Origin: Octopus vulgaris
Lineage: Eukaryota
DNA length: 64,000 nucleotides
Direction: 5' to 3'
Assembly: GCA_951406725.2 (NCBI GenBank)
Contig: OX597822.1
Location: 101,680,001-101,744,000, forward strand
This document shows, one piece after another, positions 41,153-54,640 of the stretch. The number at the start of each line of letters is the position of its first letter. The first letter of the stretch is position 1. The notes under the pieces were generated by a model. The model worked only from the letters and a program-made list of their open reading frames with translations. It did no database searches and was not told the DNA's origin. Made by a program: the position numbers and the translations under genes.

Positions 41153-43760
41153 GGCGGTGAGCTGGTAGAAACGTTAGCACGCCGGGCGAAGTGCTTAGCG
41201 ATATTTCGTCTGCCGTTACGTTCTGAGTTCAAATTCCGCCGAGGTCGACTTTGCCTTTCATCGTTTCGGGATCGATAAATTAAGTACCAGTTACGCACTG
41301 GGGTCGATGTAATCGACTTAATCCGTTTTTCTGTCCTTGTTTGTCCCTTCTGTGTTTAGCCCATTGTGGGTAGTAAAGAAATAGGTATTACGTCTGCCGC
41401 TACGTTCTGAGTTCAAATTCCGCCGAAGTCGACTTTGCCGTTCATCCTTCAGGGTCGATAAATTAAGTACCAGTTGCGTACTGTCGTCGATCTAATCGAC
41501 TGGTCCCCTCCCCCAAAATAGTGTAGAAAAGAATTTTTAAAAATTGTAGTTGAGTATTCGGGTCAATACAATCAACTTACACCCTCCTCGAAATTGTTAG
41601 TCTCGAGGTAAAATTTGAAATCAATATATATGGAACAATAAATGATGGTCTCAAATTTTGGCACAAGGTCAGCAATTACGTGGAGGAGGCAAACCGATTA
41701 CATCGATCGCAGGGATAAACTGGGTCTTATTTTACCAACCATTTGAATTCAGAACGTAAAGTCACAAGAATTACCACTAACCACTTTTTCCAGCGCGGTA
41801 ACGATTCTGGTGGCACGCCGCCCTTGGGACAATAAGTATTGCTTTTCAATTTTGGCACAAGACGAGAAATTTCGAAGAAGGGGTTAAAAGTTGATTACAT
41901 CGATCAACAGTACTCCGCTCGAACTTGCGTATTTTATCATCCCCGAAAATATGAAAAGCAAACTCGTCCGGCGGAAATTCAACTCAGAACGTAATGACAA
42001 ACGAAAAGGCGCTAAACGTTTTGTCCGGCACGCTAACAATTCCACCTGCTCCCTGCCTTCATACAGTTATTTCAAATTTTGGAACAAGGCCAGAAATTTG
42101 GGGGCAGGGGATAAGTCGATTACATCGACCCCACTACTCACCTCGTACTTATTTGATCAACCCCGAAAGGATGAAAGACAAAGTCGGCCTCGGCGGCATT
42201 TCAACTCAGGACATAAAGACGGACAAGAAGCTGCAAAGCATTTTGCCCGGGGCGCTAACGATTCGTATTTCTTTATTGCCTACAAGGGGCTAAACAAAGA
42301 GGGGACAAACAAGGACAGACAAACAGATTAAGTCGATTACATCGATCCCAGTGCGTAGCTGTTACTTAATTTATCGACCCCGAAATGATGAAAGGCCAGG
42401 TCGACCAAGGTGGAATTTGAACTCAGAACGTAACGGCAGACGAAATACCGCTAAGCACTTTGCCCGGCGTGCTAATGTTTCTGCCAGTTCGCCTTCATGC
42501 AATCATAAATATTATCACCTAGAAAAAATAGTGGGGTCAATGAATAATACTCACGTGGGGAAAAAAAAACTTTGTGGATATCTACAGAATACGAACACTG
42601 ACAAATTATACAAACCTCTACTACCGCCACCACCACCGGCATCAACTCCACAAACACACAAATTTCACCATACCAGTAATTCACAGCACCACCAATAACG
42701 ATAAGAACAATAAGAAACCAACTATGATACCTTGCACTTGGTCTGTCAACCTTCAAGAAATAGCAGCCTACACTCCCTCATATCACACCTCGTGCTTTCA
42801 GAAGATTTATTGGCTAATGTGGTCCTGCGTGACATGCACACAGCAGATGGATGGAATGTTTACGGAATTGGAAACGCTGGTCGCTTGACTTGCTAGAAAT
42901 AGCAGCGAAATCTATTCTAAATCACTCCTTACAATCTTTAAAAAAAATAGAGAAATGAACATTTTTTGCTAGAAAGCATAGCTGAGTGGCAGGATGACTA
43001 TAACTGGAATACCTTTGATTGTTTGACTATTAAACATTAAAACAACAAAAAGGCAACTGTACGGCTCCTGTGTGGTAGAAATAGCAGCCAGGTATCTATC
43101 AAATTATTTTCCTGCTGTCTAGATTAAAGAATGGTCGTGCTGGATATTGTAATTAGCGTCGTGAAAACTGGAGACATTTATTTTTAAATAAATACAAACG
43201 ATCACGGGGTTATGAATGATAATGACAGCAACAAAAATAATTACAATAACTTCCGCTTTCTTTTCATCTTTTAGTCAGAACGGAAGACAGGCTGTGCCTG
43301 TGACCCCATTAAAAGGCTTCCAAGACAGCTGGGAGGAAATAGAGAAGGTATCCTCAAACCAGAAATCTGGCCCAAATTTTTGCAACAGAGTGGATTACAT
43401 TAAAAGCACGCAGGATGCCGAATGGTGATGTTAAACCGTGTGGTGGTTTAAATCAACCACCTGTGTAAGTCATGGAGAAATGTTTTTATCAGTCCCGAAA
43501 GGATGATAAGCAAATTTGGGCTCACAGTGATTTGAACTGAGACTGCAAAGACTTGAAACAAAATACCACGATGCATTCAATCCGAATTACTCAGTGGCCT
43601 GTCGATCAGTCTCCCGGGGACAGTACTTCTTTTATCGACCCCTGAAAGAATAAATGGAAGACTTAACTCCAGTGTCATTTGAACTAAGAGGGCAGAAATT
43701 GAAGGAAAATATCACAAAGCCGTCTATTCGTCACTCAAACGACTTTGCAAAGTCACCACG
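41153..43760. mobile_element. Cluster of about 8 family C SINE copies in both orientations
   Basis: A plus-strand dimer at 41153-41533, plus minus-strand copies of varying decay at about 41650-41825, 41850-42060, 42070-42495 (dimer), 43365-43600 and 43610-43760. All share GCCTTTCATCC..GGTCGATAAA..AAGTACCAG. Confidence 0.8.
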
Positions 43761-44144
43761 TTTAAAGTAAATCGAAGCGAAAATAGAAAAGGCAAATATA
43801 TAAAAACCGCCATATCTCGTTCTAGGAGAATATTAGTCTCGCAAATCAATTTCGATAGTTTTCCTTGGGATCGATATGTAATCAAACGTGGCGGTAAATC
43901 TCATCAACTGGTTTGGATTTACCTCCATTACACATGTGCAATGGTATTCGTTTGCTTCATTTTCGAAAGTATTATTTTCAAGAACAAGATTAGAAACGGC
44001 TATATAAAGTATTTACGCCCAGCAATCCCTATGTCAATGAAAGCTCAACACATTTCTCCATATCATATTGACTGATACGCATGTACATGTATATGCGTAC
44101 GTATTTATGTATAGATATGTATGTATGTATATATATATACAAAC

Positions 44145-44232
<88 letters not shown>

Positions 44233-44512
44233 TATATACATATATATATAGAGACATATATATTATATATATGTATCTATATAATGTATATATACATACA
44301 GATACGCACGCACAATGACACACAAATATACAGACACACACACATACACACACAAATACACACACAGACACACACACAACCACACACACATATATAATAC
44401 AGTATTGTAGATTCGTTCAGCCGATTTTACCAGGCGTTTTCACTGAAGACTTATTGTGGAACATACATATATATATATATGCACGTAAGTATGTATGCAT
44501 GTATGTATGAAC

Positions 44513-44551
<39 letters not shown>

Positions 44552-45210
44552 CATACACACACACACACGCACACAAACACTCACATGTATATATATTTAT
44601 ATATACACATTTGTGTGTGTGTGTGTGCGTGTGTGTGTTTACGTTTAGGTGGGGTTCTCTGTGTCTGAGTATGTGAGGAGCATTAATGCTTGTAGGATTT
44701 ACACAGATGATCATATTCTTTCAGGCCCGATGGATCAAACACTTTTGGCATATTGTTGTTATATTTTCTGGTGCGCAAATTATCTGACTCCTACCAATAA
44801 CTATTGTATTAGGACAACCCCCAATTCTTCTGTCACAGTTTAAAGGATCAAATGAGCTGTTTACACCCAGAATATTACTTTTGCCCATACACGCCTTTCA
44901 ACCATGTGCATACACATAGATTTATGGATGTGTACGTATGTATACAAATATATTGTGATATATTTGTGTGTGTGTGTGTATGTATATTGTCCATACAGAA
45001 ATGTTCTTCAAGTCAGGTGAAAGTAATCAATAAGACCTTATGTCTTCAAAAGTAAACTGTTTCTGTAAGAATGAAAAGTTAAGCCAATATCTCTATTGAT
45101 GATCTTCAACCAATAAAGCAGAACAGGCAATAAGGATTATGTGCACACAGACAGGTACACATACACACACGCACACAAACACATATGTTTACGTGTATGT
45201 GTATATACAT

Positions 45211-45299
<89 letters not shown>

Positions 45300-45400
45300 T
45301 GTATATATATATATACACACACACATACGTATACATACATATATATATATGTATATATATGCATGTATGTATATATATATATGTACACACACACATACGT

Positions 45401-45456
<56 letters not shown>

Positions 45457-45496
45457 GTATGTATGTATATATATATATGTACACACACACATACGT

Positions 45497-45544
<48 letters not shown>

Positions 45545-45717
45545 GTATATATATGTGTATATATGTATGTATATATGTGCATGGACATGTATGTATATAT
45601 TATATAGATATACATACAGACGTGCATATATCGCATATATACATATATACAGAAATATATATATATATATATAGTGTACGTCTGTTACTTGACTGATGAA
45701 AATCTGTATGTATACAT

Positions 45718-45753
<36 letters not shown>

Positions 45754-45868
45754 GCACATTCATATAACTATATAGTTCTTATTCAAACACCCTCACTCTG
45801 AAGATGAATTTGTGTCGGATCTGTTAATAGATGTTCTATCTTTTGTGTATGCGTGTATGTGTGAGTAT

Positions 45869-45899
<31 letters not shown>

Positions 45900-46276
45900 A
45901 GAGATAGAGACAAAGATTGAAAGAGAGAGAGAGAAGTAATGCAATGCTATTATAGTGTAACATGCATTAATACCGTGGATCCCGTTCTGGTATGAAACCA
46001 AGACACCTGCGTTATGGAATCAATACATTAATTCCCAAAACCAAATATGGAAATATATTTTTGTCTTTAATTTTATTCTATTCATTATTGTATGATAGAA
46101 GATAGATATGGTCCAAAATCTTTGTGTATAGAAATGAACTAAAGTGTGATCTGACAGAGAATTCCCTTATTGTTCAATTCAGATTGTTGTGTGTTATTTC
46201 TTGGGTGGTAAAGAAGAAATGTTAGATTCATTCTATGGAATATTTATTATTAAACAGAAACTGTTAATAATAGATA

Positions 46277-46430
46277 TTCTTTTCTACTCTTGGCACAAGG
46301 AACGAAATTTTGGAGGAAGGGACCAGTCGATTAGATCGACCCCAGTACGCAACTGGTACTCAATTTATCGACCCCGAAAGGATGAAAGAGAAAGTCGACC
46401 TCGGCGGAATTTGAACTCAGAGCGTAGGGA
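46277..46430 (-). mobile_element. Family C SINE 3' part
   Basis: Reverse complement of the family C core and AGAGTAGAAAAGAAT tail. Confidence 0.85.
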
Positions 46431-46532
46431 CAGTGGAAATATGTCAATAATAGATATTTGTTGAATGTGAGCAGATAATAGCTGGTATAATTGATGGTTT
46501 TAAATGATGGGGTTATACAGTCAGAAAATCAA

Positions 46533-47515
46533 GGCGGGGAGCTGGCACAAACGTTAGCACGCCGGGCGAAATGCGTAGCAGTATTTCGTCTGTCGTTACG
46601 CTCTGAGTTCAAATTCCGCCGAGGTCGGCTTTGCCTTTCATCCTTTCACGGTCGATAAATTAAGTACCAGTTACGCACTGGGGTCGATATAATCGATTTA
46701 ATCCGTTTTTCTGTCCTTGTTTGTAATCTCTGTGTTTAGCCCCTTGTGGGTAGTAAAGAAATATGTATTTCGTCGGCCGTTACGTTCTGAGTTCAAATTC
46801 CGCCGAGGTCGACTTTGCCTTTAATCTTTTCGGGGATCAATAAATTAAGTACCAGTTACGCGGTGGGGTCGATATAATCGACTTAATCCGTTTTTCTGTC
46901 CTTGTTTGTCATCCCTGTGTTTAGCCCCTTGTGGGTAGTAAAGAAATATGTATTTCGTCGGCCGTTACGTTCTGAGTTCAAATTCCGCCGAGGTCGGCTT
47001 TGCCTTTCATCCTTTCACGGTCGATAAATTAAGTACCAGTTACGCACTGGGGTCGATATAATCGACTTAATCCGTTTTTCTGTCCTTGTTTGTCATCTCT
47101 GTGTTTAGCCCCTTGTGGGTAGTAAAGAAATATGTATTTCGTTGGCCGTTACGTTCTGAGTTCAAATTCCGCCGAGGTCGACTTTGCCTTTAATCTTTCG
47201 GGGATCGATAAATTAAGTACCAGTTACGCACTGGTGTAGATGTTGTCGACTTAATCCCTTGTTTGTCCTTGTTTATCCCCTCTATGTTTAGCCCCTTGTG
47301 GGCAATAAAGCAATAAGAAACATTAGTACGCCGTACTAAATAATTAGCAGTATTTCGTCAGTCTTTACGTACTAAGATCAAATTCCACCGATGTGGACTT
47401 TGCCTTTCATGCTTTGAGGATCGATAAAATAAGTACCAGTGGTGTAATGGGAGAGGTAGATGTAATCAATTTACCCCTCTCCCAAAATTTGTACTTGCGA
47501 CAAAATTTTGAACTA
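46533..47515 (+). repeat. Tandem array of family C SINE units (head plus 5 units)
   Basis: Units start GTATTTCGT at 46581, 46765, 46950, 47134 and 47350 (184, 185, 184 and 216 bp spacing). Confidence 0.93.
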
Positions 47516-47518
47516 ATA

Positions 47519-47940
47519 GGCGCAGGGGTGGCTGTGTGGTACGTAGCTTGCTAACCAATCACATAGTTCTGCGTTCAGTCCCACTGCGTGGCATCTTGGG
47601 CAAGTGTCTTCTGCTATAACCCCGGGCCGACCAATGCCTTGTGAGTGGATTCGGTAGACGGAAACTGAAAGAAGCCTGTCGTATATATGTATATATATAT
47701 ATTTATATGTGTGTGTATGTGTTTGTATGTCTGTGTTTTTCCCCTAGCATTGCTTGACAACCGATGCTGGTGTGTTTACGTCCCCGTCACTTAGCGGTTT
47801 GGCAAAAGAGACCGATAGAATAAGTACTGGGCTTACAAAGAATAAGTCCCGAGGTTGATTTGCTCGACTAAAATGCGGTGCTCCAGCATGGCCGCAGTCA
47901 AATGACTGAAACAAGTAAAAGAGAGAGTAAAAGAGAGTAA
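47519..47940 (+). mobile_element. Full-length SINE family A
   Basis: Complete from head to tail. Confidence 0.92.
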
Positions 47941-48814
47941 AACTTCATCGTATTTAAGTCGGCGAGCTGGTCGAATCGTTAGCATACTGGGCAAAATGTT
48001 TATTGGCATTTCGTCCGTCTTTACTTTCTGCTTTCAAACTCCGCCGAGGTCGAGTTTGCCTTTCATTTCTCGGGGTCGTTCAAATAAGCGCCAACGAATA
48101 CGTCAAATTCCTATCCAGAAAACAATGGCATTAATTTAAAGCCTTAATTTTCCTCAAAAACATCCTGATCGTACGGAGGCGTGAGATTGATAGTGTATAT
48201 AGGTGATCCTCCGTCGAATAGCTCCCGTTTTTTGCCTAAGTAATTGCATCAAACATCCATATACATCCATATATAAGTGCATGGGTGTTTCTGGATACGT
48301 TTGTTTGTGCTGGAGTTTTCTGTAAGTTGCGGGGTCTCATGGAATTATTGGGTTGGGTGTTACACACACGATAGCGAAATCGTGGTTTCGGTTCCTGGAA
48401 CGGATGGTACGTTGTATTCTTGAAAAAAAAACCCACGCTGCCCTGCAATCATTTCGACACCTGACATGTTCAGGCAACATCGAATTGATGGAGGGAGTGA
48501 GCAAATTACAGCACAAATATTTCATCACTATATACAAATGATTTGTACAGGTTGTACAATAAGAAATTGCAAAACTGTGTCTCGCGAACTACGAGAGGAT
48601 ACTATCCTATCTGAAGCTTACTCACAGGCGAATTTGTGTAATTCCCAGATTACATAAGTAGTCAAAGTGGAAGAGCTGGAGACAGATTAACTCTGGGTAA
48701 ATACTTCAGCTCTGCATGCTTTTGAATTGAACACTTCTCAGCTTCACAACAGTGAATATGCAACATAAGTATTTACACACACGCCCACACAATCATACAC
48801 ACACACACACACAT

Positions 48815-48875
<61 letters not shown>

Positions 48876-49014
48876 ATATGTATTTATGTGTTTGTGAGTA
48901 TTTGTGTGTATATGTATGCGTGTATATATTCATAAGTACATAGTAGAGTGCGAAAGTTTATAAACGGGGGAAAATTTATCGATATGTGTACCAAATCTTT
49001 TATTTGGTTGTGTA

Positions 49015-49064
<50 letters not shown>

Positions 49065-49198
49065 TGTATGTATGTATGAATGCATATATGTATCAATATA
49101 TATATATGTGTGTATGCATATATGTACAAATATATATATATATATATATATGTGTGTGTAAATATATATATATGTATATGTATATATGTATGTATATA

Positions 49199-49268
<70 letters not shown>

Positions 49269-49292
49269 TAAAGATCTTTTATGTGCTTGTGT

Positions 49293-49341
<49 letters not shown>

Positions 49342-50381
49342 TAAAAATGCTTTTGTTTGCAAAAGCACCTTACGTATACTTCAATAAGAACATGCTTTTT
49401 ATCAAAGCAATTTTGTAGATTTACGAGAAAACACTTATATTTTTAACCTTCTACTAAAACCATGTAGATGTTCCAGAATTTGTATCCTAACGCCTTAAAA
49501 GTGTATACATCGGTTAATATGATCTTATATATACTTTATCTGAAAAGTGAGAGGATGCTTATGGCAGGAGCATCTTTAATTGTCGTCCTCCCAATGACCA
49601 AGCCCAGACTAAAAACAACTATGTTTACATAAGAACAATATACGTGAACACTGGACGTGCTAAACATAAATTAAATCACACCTTGTTTGTTTTTAATTTT
49701 TTTTAAGGGAAGGGCATATTTTACAGTACAATCCTATATTGCCATAAAATCATATTTACGATTAGAATTTCTTTGATCATAGTTTTAGTGATCAAAGTAA
49801 ATCCGAGGCGAGACAACTAGATTTATAATACTAATATATTGATTCTATAATCGCAAGAAATCTTCAACAACAAGTAGTGTGCGCTGACAAGTATTATATA
49901 CATACAATAATATATGCTACCATGTTATGGGGCAAAGAAACATCAAACGCTTGTCTAGGAGTAGTACAACACTTTCATATATATTTGCCATATACCGTTC
50001 AATATTTTTTTATCTCTCACCAACATATTTCAATTTTGCATTTCCCACACGAAACCAAGGCCACATGGGATATTCAGGATCTTAGTCGATTGAATCAATC
50101 CTCAGATTGCAAGACAAACCCAGTCACAAAAGTGCATAAATCAAGATTGACTTTAGAGAAACGAGAGTTGAAGTCAGAGTATAGGAGAATGATATAATAT
50201 TATTATGTTTACTCTGCTGCAAAAACAGTCCAATGCTCCAGTATTTTTCCTCTATTATACATACTTATTTTTATCTAATGATATATATATATACATACAT
50301 GTATACGTATATATAAGTATACATGTATATATGTATATATACAATTATATATATATAAATATATTATTTTATATATATATA

Positions 50382-50554
50382 GGCGCAGGAGTGGCTGTGT
50401 GGTAAGTAGCTTGCTAACCAACCACATGGTTCCGGGTTCAGTCCCACTGCGTGGCATCTTGGGCAAGTGTCTTCTGCTATAGCCCCGGGCCGACCAATGC
50501 CTTGTGAGTGGATTTGGTAGACGGAAACTGAAAGAAGCCTGTCGTATATATGTG

Positions 50555-50589
<35 letters not shown>

Positions 50590-50789
50590 TTGTGTGTCCC
50601 CCTAGCATCGCTTGACAATCGATGCTGGTGTGTTTACGTCCCCGTCACCTAGCGGTTCGGCAAAAGAGACCGATAGAGTAAGTACTGGGCTTACAAAGAA
50701 TAAGTCCCGGGGTCAATTTGCTCGACTAAAGGCGGCGCTCCAGCATGGCCGCAGTCAAATGACTGAAACAAGTAAAAGAGTAAAAGAGT
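50382..50789 (+). mobile_element. Full-length SINE family A inserted in (AT)n
   Basis: Complete from head to tail. Confidence 0.93.
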
Positions 50790-50843
50790 ATATATAATAT
50801 ATATATATATATAATTATATATACATATATTTACACACACACG

Positions 50844-50886
<43 letters not shown>

Positions 50887-51632
50887 GACAAATCGAATCT
50901 ACGGTACACTTTAAATTTAAATTTGATTTTAATTATTGTTTCAAATTTTGATACAAGACCAACAATTTGAGCAGGAAGCATTTGTCGATTATACTGAGCC
51001 CCATTAATCGACGGGTACTTTATTTTATCGGGACTGAAGAGATGAAAGGTAAAGTTTATCTCGGCAGGATTTGAACTCACGATATAAAGCCGGAAGAGAT
51101 GCCACGGAGAATTTTGTTTGACTGTAACAGTTCTGTCAACTAATTCCCTTTAATTTTATCATGAATAACTAGCTGTGCCCTTGGAAATTCCATGGTGATT
51201 TTAAAACTGCAACATAGTGAAAAATTTCGAGAAAAATAAGAAATATTTGTTTAAAGCAGTGGTTCCAAACTGAGGTTCATATGACCTTTTCGGGTCCATA
51301 AATGGTTTTGCTATTAAAGTTTATGAGAAATAAACTGTAGAAATATTAAAATTTCTAAGTCTCTCTAAAGGAGACTACGTCAGCGGTACTGGATATTAAC
51401 AGTTATCGCCAAGCTAATATGGTAGTCCATAAATATAAAATTAAAGCTGCCGTTGATTAGCTCCAAGAGGCCATCGCCTCTAGCTAGCTATATGACACAC
51501 GAACCTGTGTCCATCATAACCTTCGAACAGGGGATGCGGCTGACCTTCCCTGTTCGAAGGATATAATGGACAACTCCATTCTGATATCAGCACTGAAAGT
51601 ATACACCGTATGAACGAGGGAAATGACTTAGG

Positions 51633-51757
51633 ATCCATCTTTTCCGTAAATTTTGAGGTCATCCATGAATAGCAAATGGTTGACTTTTAGTTGTCTGCTT
51701 TTGAATATATATCTAGGTTTTGCTCTCCTCAGAATCAGTGTTAGTGGTATCAAGCAT
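51633..51757 (-). mobile_element. RT fragment of an R4/Dong-type non-LTR retrotransposon abutting (AAT)n
   Basis: CLIPLTLILRRAKPRYIFKSRQLKVNHLLFMDDLKIYGK contains RT motif C in the NHLL(F/Y)MDDLK context typical of this clade. Confidence 0.75.
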
Positions 51758-51758
51758 A

Positions 51759-51825
<67 letters not shown>

Positions 51826-51827
51826 CA

Positions 51828-51898
<71 letters not shown>

Positions 51899-51980
51899 GT
51901 TATTATTGTTATTATTATTATCATCATCATCATCATCATCATTATCATTATCATTATCATCATCATTATCATTATCATCA

Positions 51981-52045
<65 letters not shown>
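51758..52045. repeat. (ATT)n/(ATC)n microsatellite
   Basis: Read directly from the sequence. Confidence 0.98.
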
Positions 52046-52304
52046 TTACTTCTCAGAGTTCTCGGTTGCACTTGCTCTGGCTAATTTTGTAATTTCGCTC
52101 TCAATCTTGTTTCCTAAATTCTCCTGGATGGGTCACATTTTCACTAGACATGATGTTGCTATCTCTAATAGTAACAATCACAGGTTCAGTCTGTTGTTTG
52201 ATATGCCATCCCAATTTTGTACGATATCAGTAGAATACCACGGAAAGATATGATGGAATAGACAGGAGAAGACCGGAGAGAAGATGAGAACCGAAGAACA
52301 AATA

Positions 52305-52347
52305 GTCACTGAAGAGGTCGCAGAATGTGCGACGTGAGTTCTCTGAC
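52305..52347 (+). ncRNA. Hammerhead-like motif with mutated GAAA
   Basis: GTCA-CTGAAGA-G-GTCGCA-gaatg-TGCGAC-GTGAG-tt-CTC-TGAC. Stems I and II are perfect, and GAAA is replaced by GTGA. Confidence 0.6.
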
Positions 52348-52751
52348 AAATAAACCATTAATAATAAAGCTAAAATTATGATCAAATAAATTCATAGTCT
52401 AGAATCATATATTACTAATTTACCAGGTTGCAGGTTTGGAATAACCCTTCACAAAATATCACTTTTTTTTTTACAGGAGAATTCACTCTATAATCGAGAC
52501 GTGTTAACTTGGTAGTTATGAGTTCATTCAGCCGTATTATTTTCAACAAACAGGTTGCTACTGGCAGTCTCTCAGTAATTACGTTTCCTTACCTCTGTAA
52601 ATAAAATCGCTACAAACTATGTAAATTGTATGCATTTTCCTTCTTTAATTTATATGTAAGTGGGTGTGGGTGTATTTACGCATGTATGTAAAAGACAAAT
52701 GTTGCTGCTTACAAAATCAAGATAGTAGTCAGCATAATGTGTAGCGTTTGT

Positions 52752-52818
<67 letters not shown>

Positions 52819-52915
52819 TATACTTATATTTATATATATATATATACTTATATTTATATATATATATATACATATATTAATATATGTATGTATATATTTA
52901 AATATATATGTGTAT

Positions 52916-52975
<60 letters not shown>

Positions 52976-53977
52976 TCAGACAGATAGATGGAGAGAGAGA
53001 GAGAGAGAAAGAGAGATGAGGGGAGTTACACACATAGATTTGCATGTATATATATATATTACATAAACTCATATACACACATATGCACACACAGACACAC
53101 ACACATATCAGTCAGTCATGCAGCGACCGACAACAGAATATCTTAGTCGAGTCTTACTGCGTGTCTGACAAAATACGTATAACTTAAAAATAAAAGTGTA
53201 AGGGAGCCGTGGCCGTTTGCTTCGTGATAACGTTTTATTGATTAATTTTCAACTCAATCAACCAATGAGTGATAGTGTGGCATGCAGCCGTCTTCGAGAA
53301 TTTTGTGATAGTCATTTTCGCCTTCTTTTCGTTGCATGGTATGTCGTTTTAGATTTTGAAGGCGGCGAATTGGCGGTATGTCTCCGTATTAGAACAATCA
53401 AACATTTTTATTTTTTCTCCATTCATCCCCTTCGGCAGAAATTATCATGTTTTTACTACGCTACTAAAATTACATCTAATTAACACTGTCTGTAGCTGTT
53501 CTCGTAAATAATTAAAAAAACTTTTTCCTAACATTAAGCATTCTTGGTTTATTATTCTTGTGGAGATGGTCAATCTTCTCGCATCATTCTATAAACAAAA
53601 TGCTTCTTCGATTTCAGTTTTCTCACACTTTTATTGTAATTCAGTTTTGTATCTATTAACAAGTGATTCACCGTTCGTTTTTGTCTCTATAACCAACAAC
53701 AGTCTTTTAATAATTAGTAAATAAATAAATAAATTGCCACTGTTTCAATCTGCATACAACTTGATTTTAATGTGGGCAGCCTTACACGTAGTTTTCTAAA
53801 TATACTTAGTTCCATTATTACCCTTAATTGACTCGTAAAATAATATCTTGATATTTTTCGTTCACTATTGTAGGTAAGTTTTAATATGACAAACTTTTGA
53901 GTATTCGGTGACAATTAGATTCTTTTACTTGAATATTAATACTCTGCTTGTTTTCTCCGTCTTTGCCTGATATATAA

Positions 53978-54357
53978 CTTGCAGTATCGCCTGGCGTTGC
54001 TCGGGTTTGTAAGGGAAATAACTATATAAGCATTTTTAGAGAGTTATAGCCAAAAAATAGCAAAAAATGCATTAAAAATGGAAAGAATTATGGTAATTTT
54101 TTTTTTAAATCGTTCACTCATCGTACTTCCCTTATATAATAGCGAAACAAATGCATTAAAATAGAATAAAATGATGGTAAATCATTTTTAAAATCGTAGA
54201 CTCATCGTAGACGCGCACTAATACCCAGAAGGGCTCGATATGAATCACGACTATAAGATACCCGCTTTTTGTTACACTGCACCGCAAAATGTGGGAGTAG
54301 TTAGGAATCTAAATCGTAGGAGACAGAGACACACAACTTGACTTTTATATATAAAGA
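53978..54357 (-). mobile_element. Non-autonomous Helitron-like element, copy 2
   Basis: The minus strand begins A|TCTTTATATATAAAAG and ends with a GC-rich hairpin-like CCCGAGCAACGCCAGG followed by CAAG|T (CTAG in copy 1). No TSD. Confidence 0.75.
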
Positions 54358-54545
54358 TTTGTCGAAAATATATATAACAATAAATCACTAACTATATATC
54401 AGTAAATATATTTATTCTGCTCTGTCGTTAATGTAAACAATACTAATTATATATATTCAGGAATTGAAACGGGGTTCTTTTGATAGTGAATACATTCAAA
54501 TAATTTATTGTTCCACAGATAACGATAAACGTCGCCCTTTTCAAA

Positions 54546-54640
54546 CCTACCCAGGCTCATAGGCCCGGTTTCGCGGTTTTTGTGGCGTATGTGCCCCCCC
54601 CCCCCCGCAGCTGGACGGGACGCCAGTCCATCGCAGTGTT
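54546..54640 (-). mobile_element. Isolated B' 3' module
   Basis: Matches 28240-28325 (GGCTCATA..GCCCGGTTTC..GGACGGGACGCCAGTCC.TCGCAG). Confidence 0.7.

Noticed and set aside
46533-47515. Regularly spaced repeats suggesting a CRISPR array
   Set aside because: The units are about 184-bp full repeats with no unique spacers, there are no cas genes, and the origin is a eukaryotic SINE.
51256-51310. CAGTGGTTCCAAAC, resembling a hAT/Charlie terminus
   Set aside because: No matching second terminus or 8-bp TSD was found.
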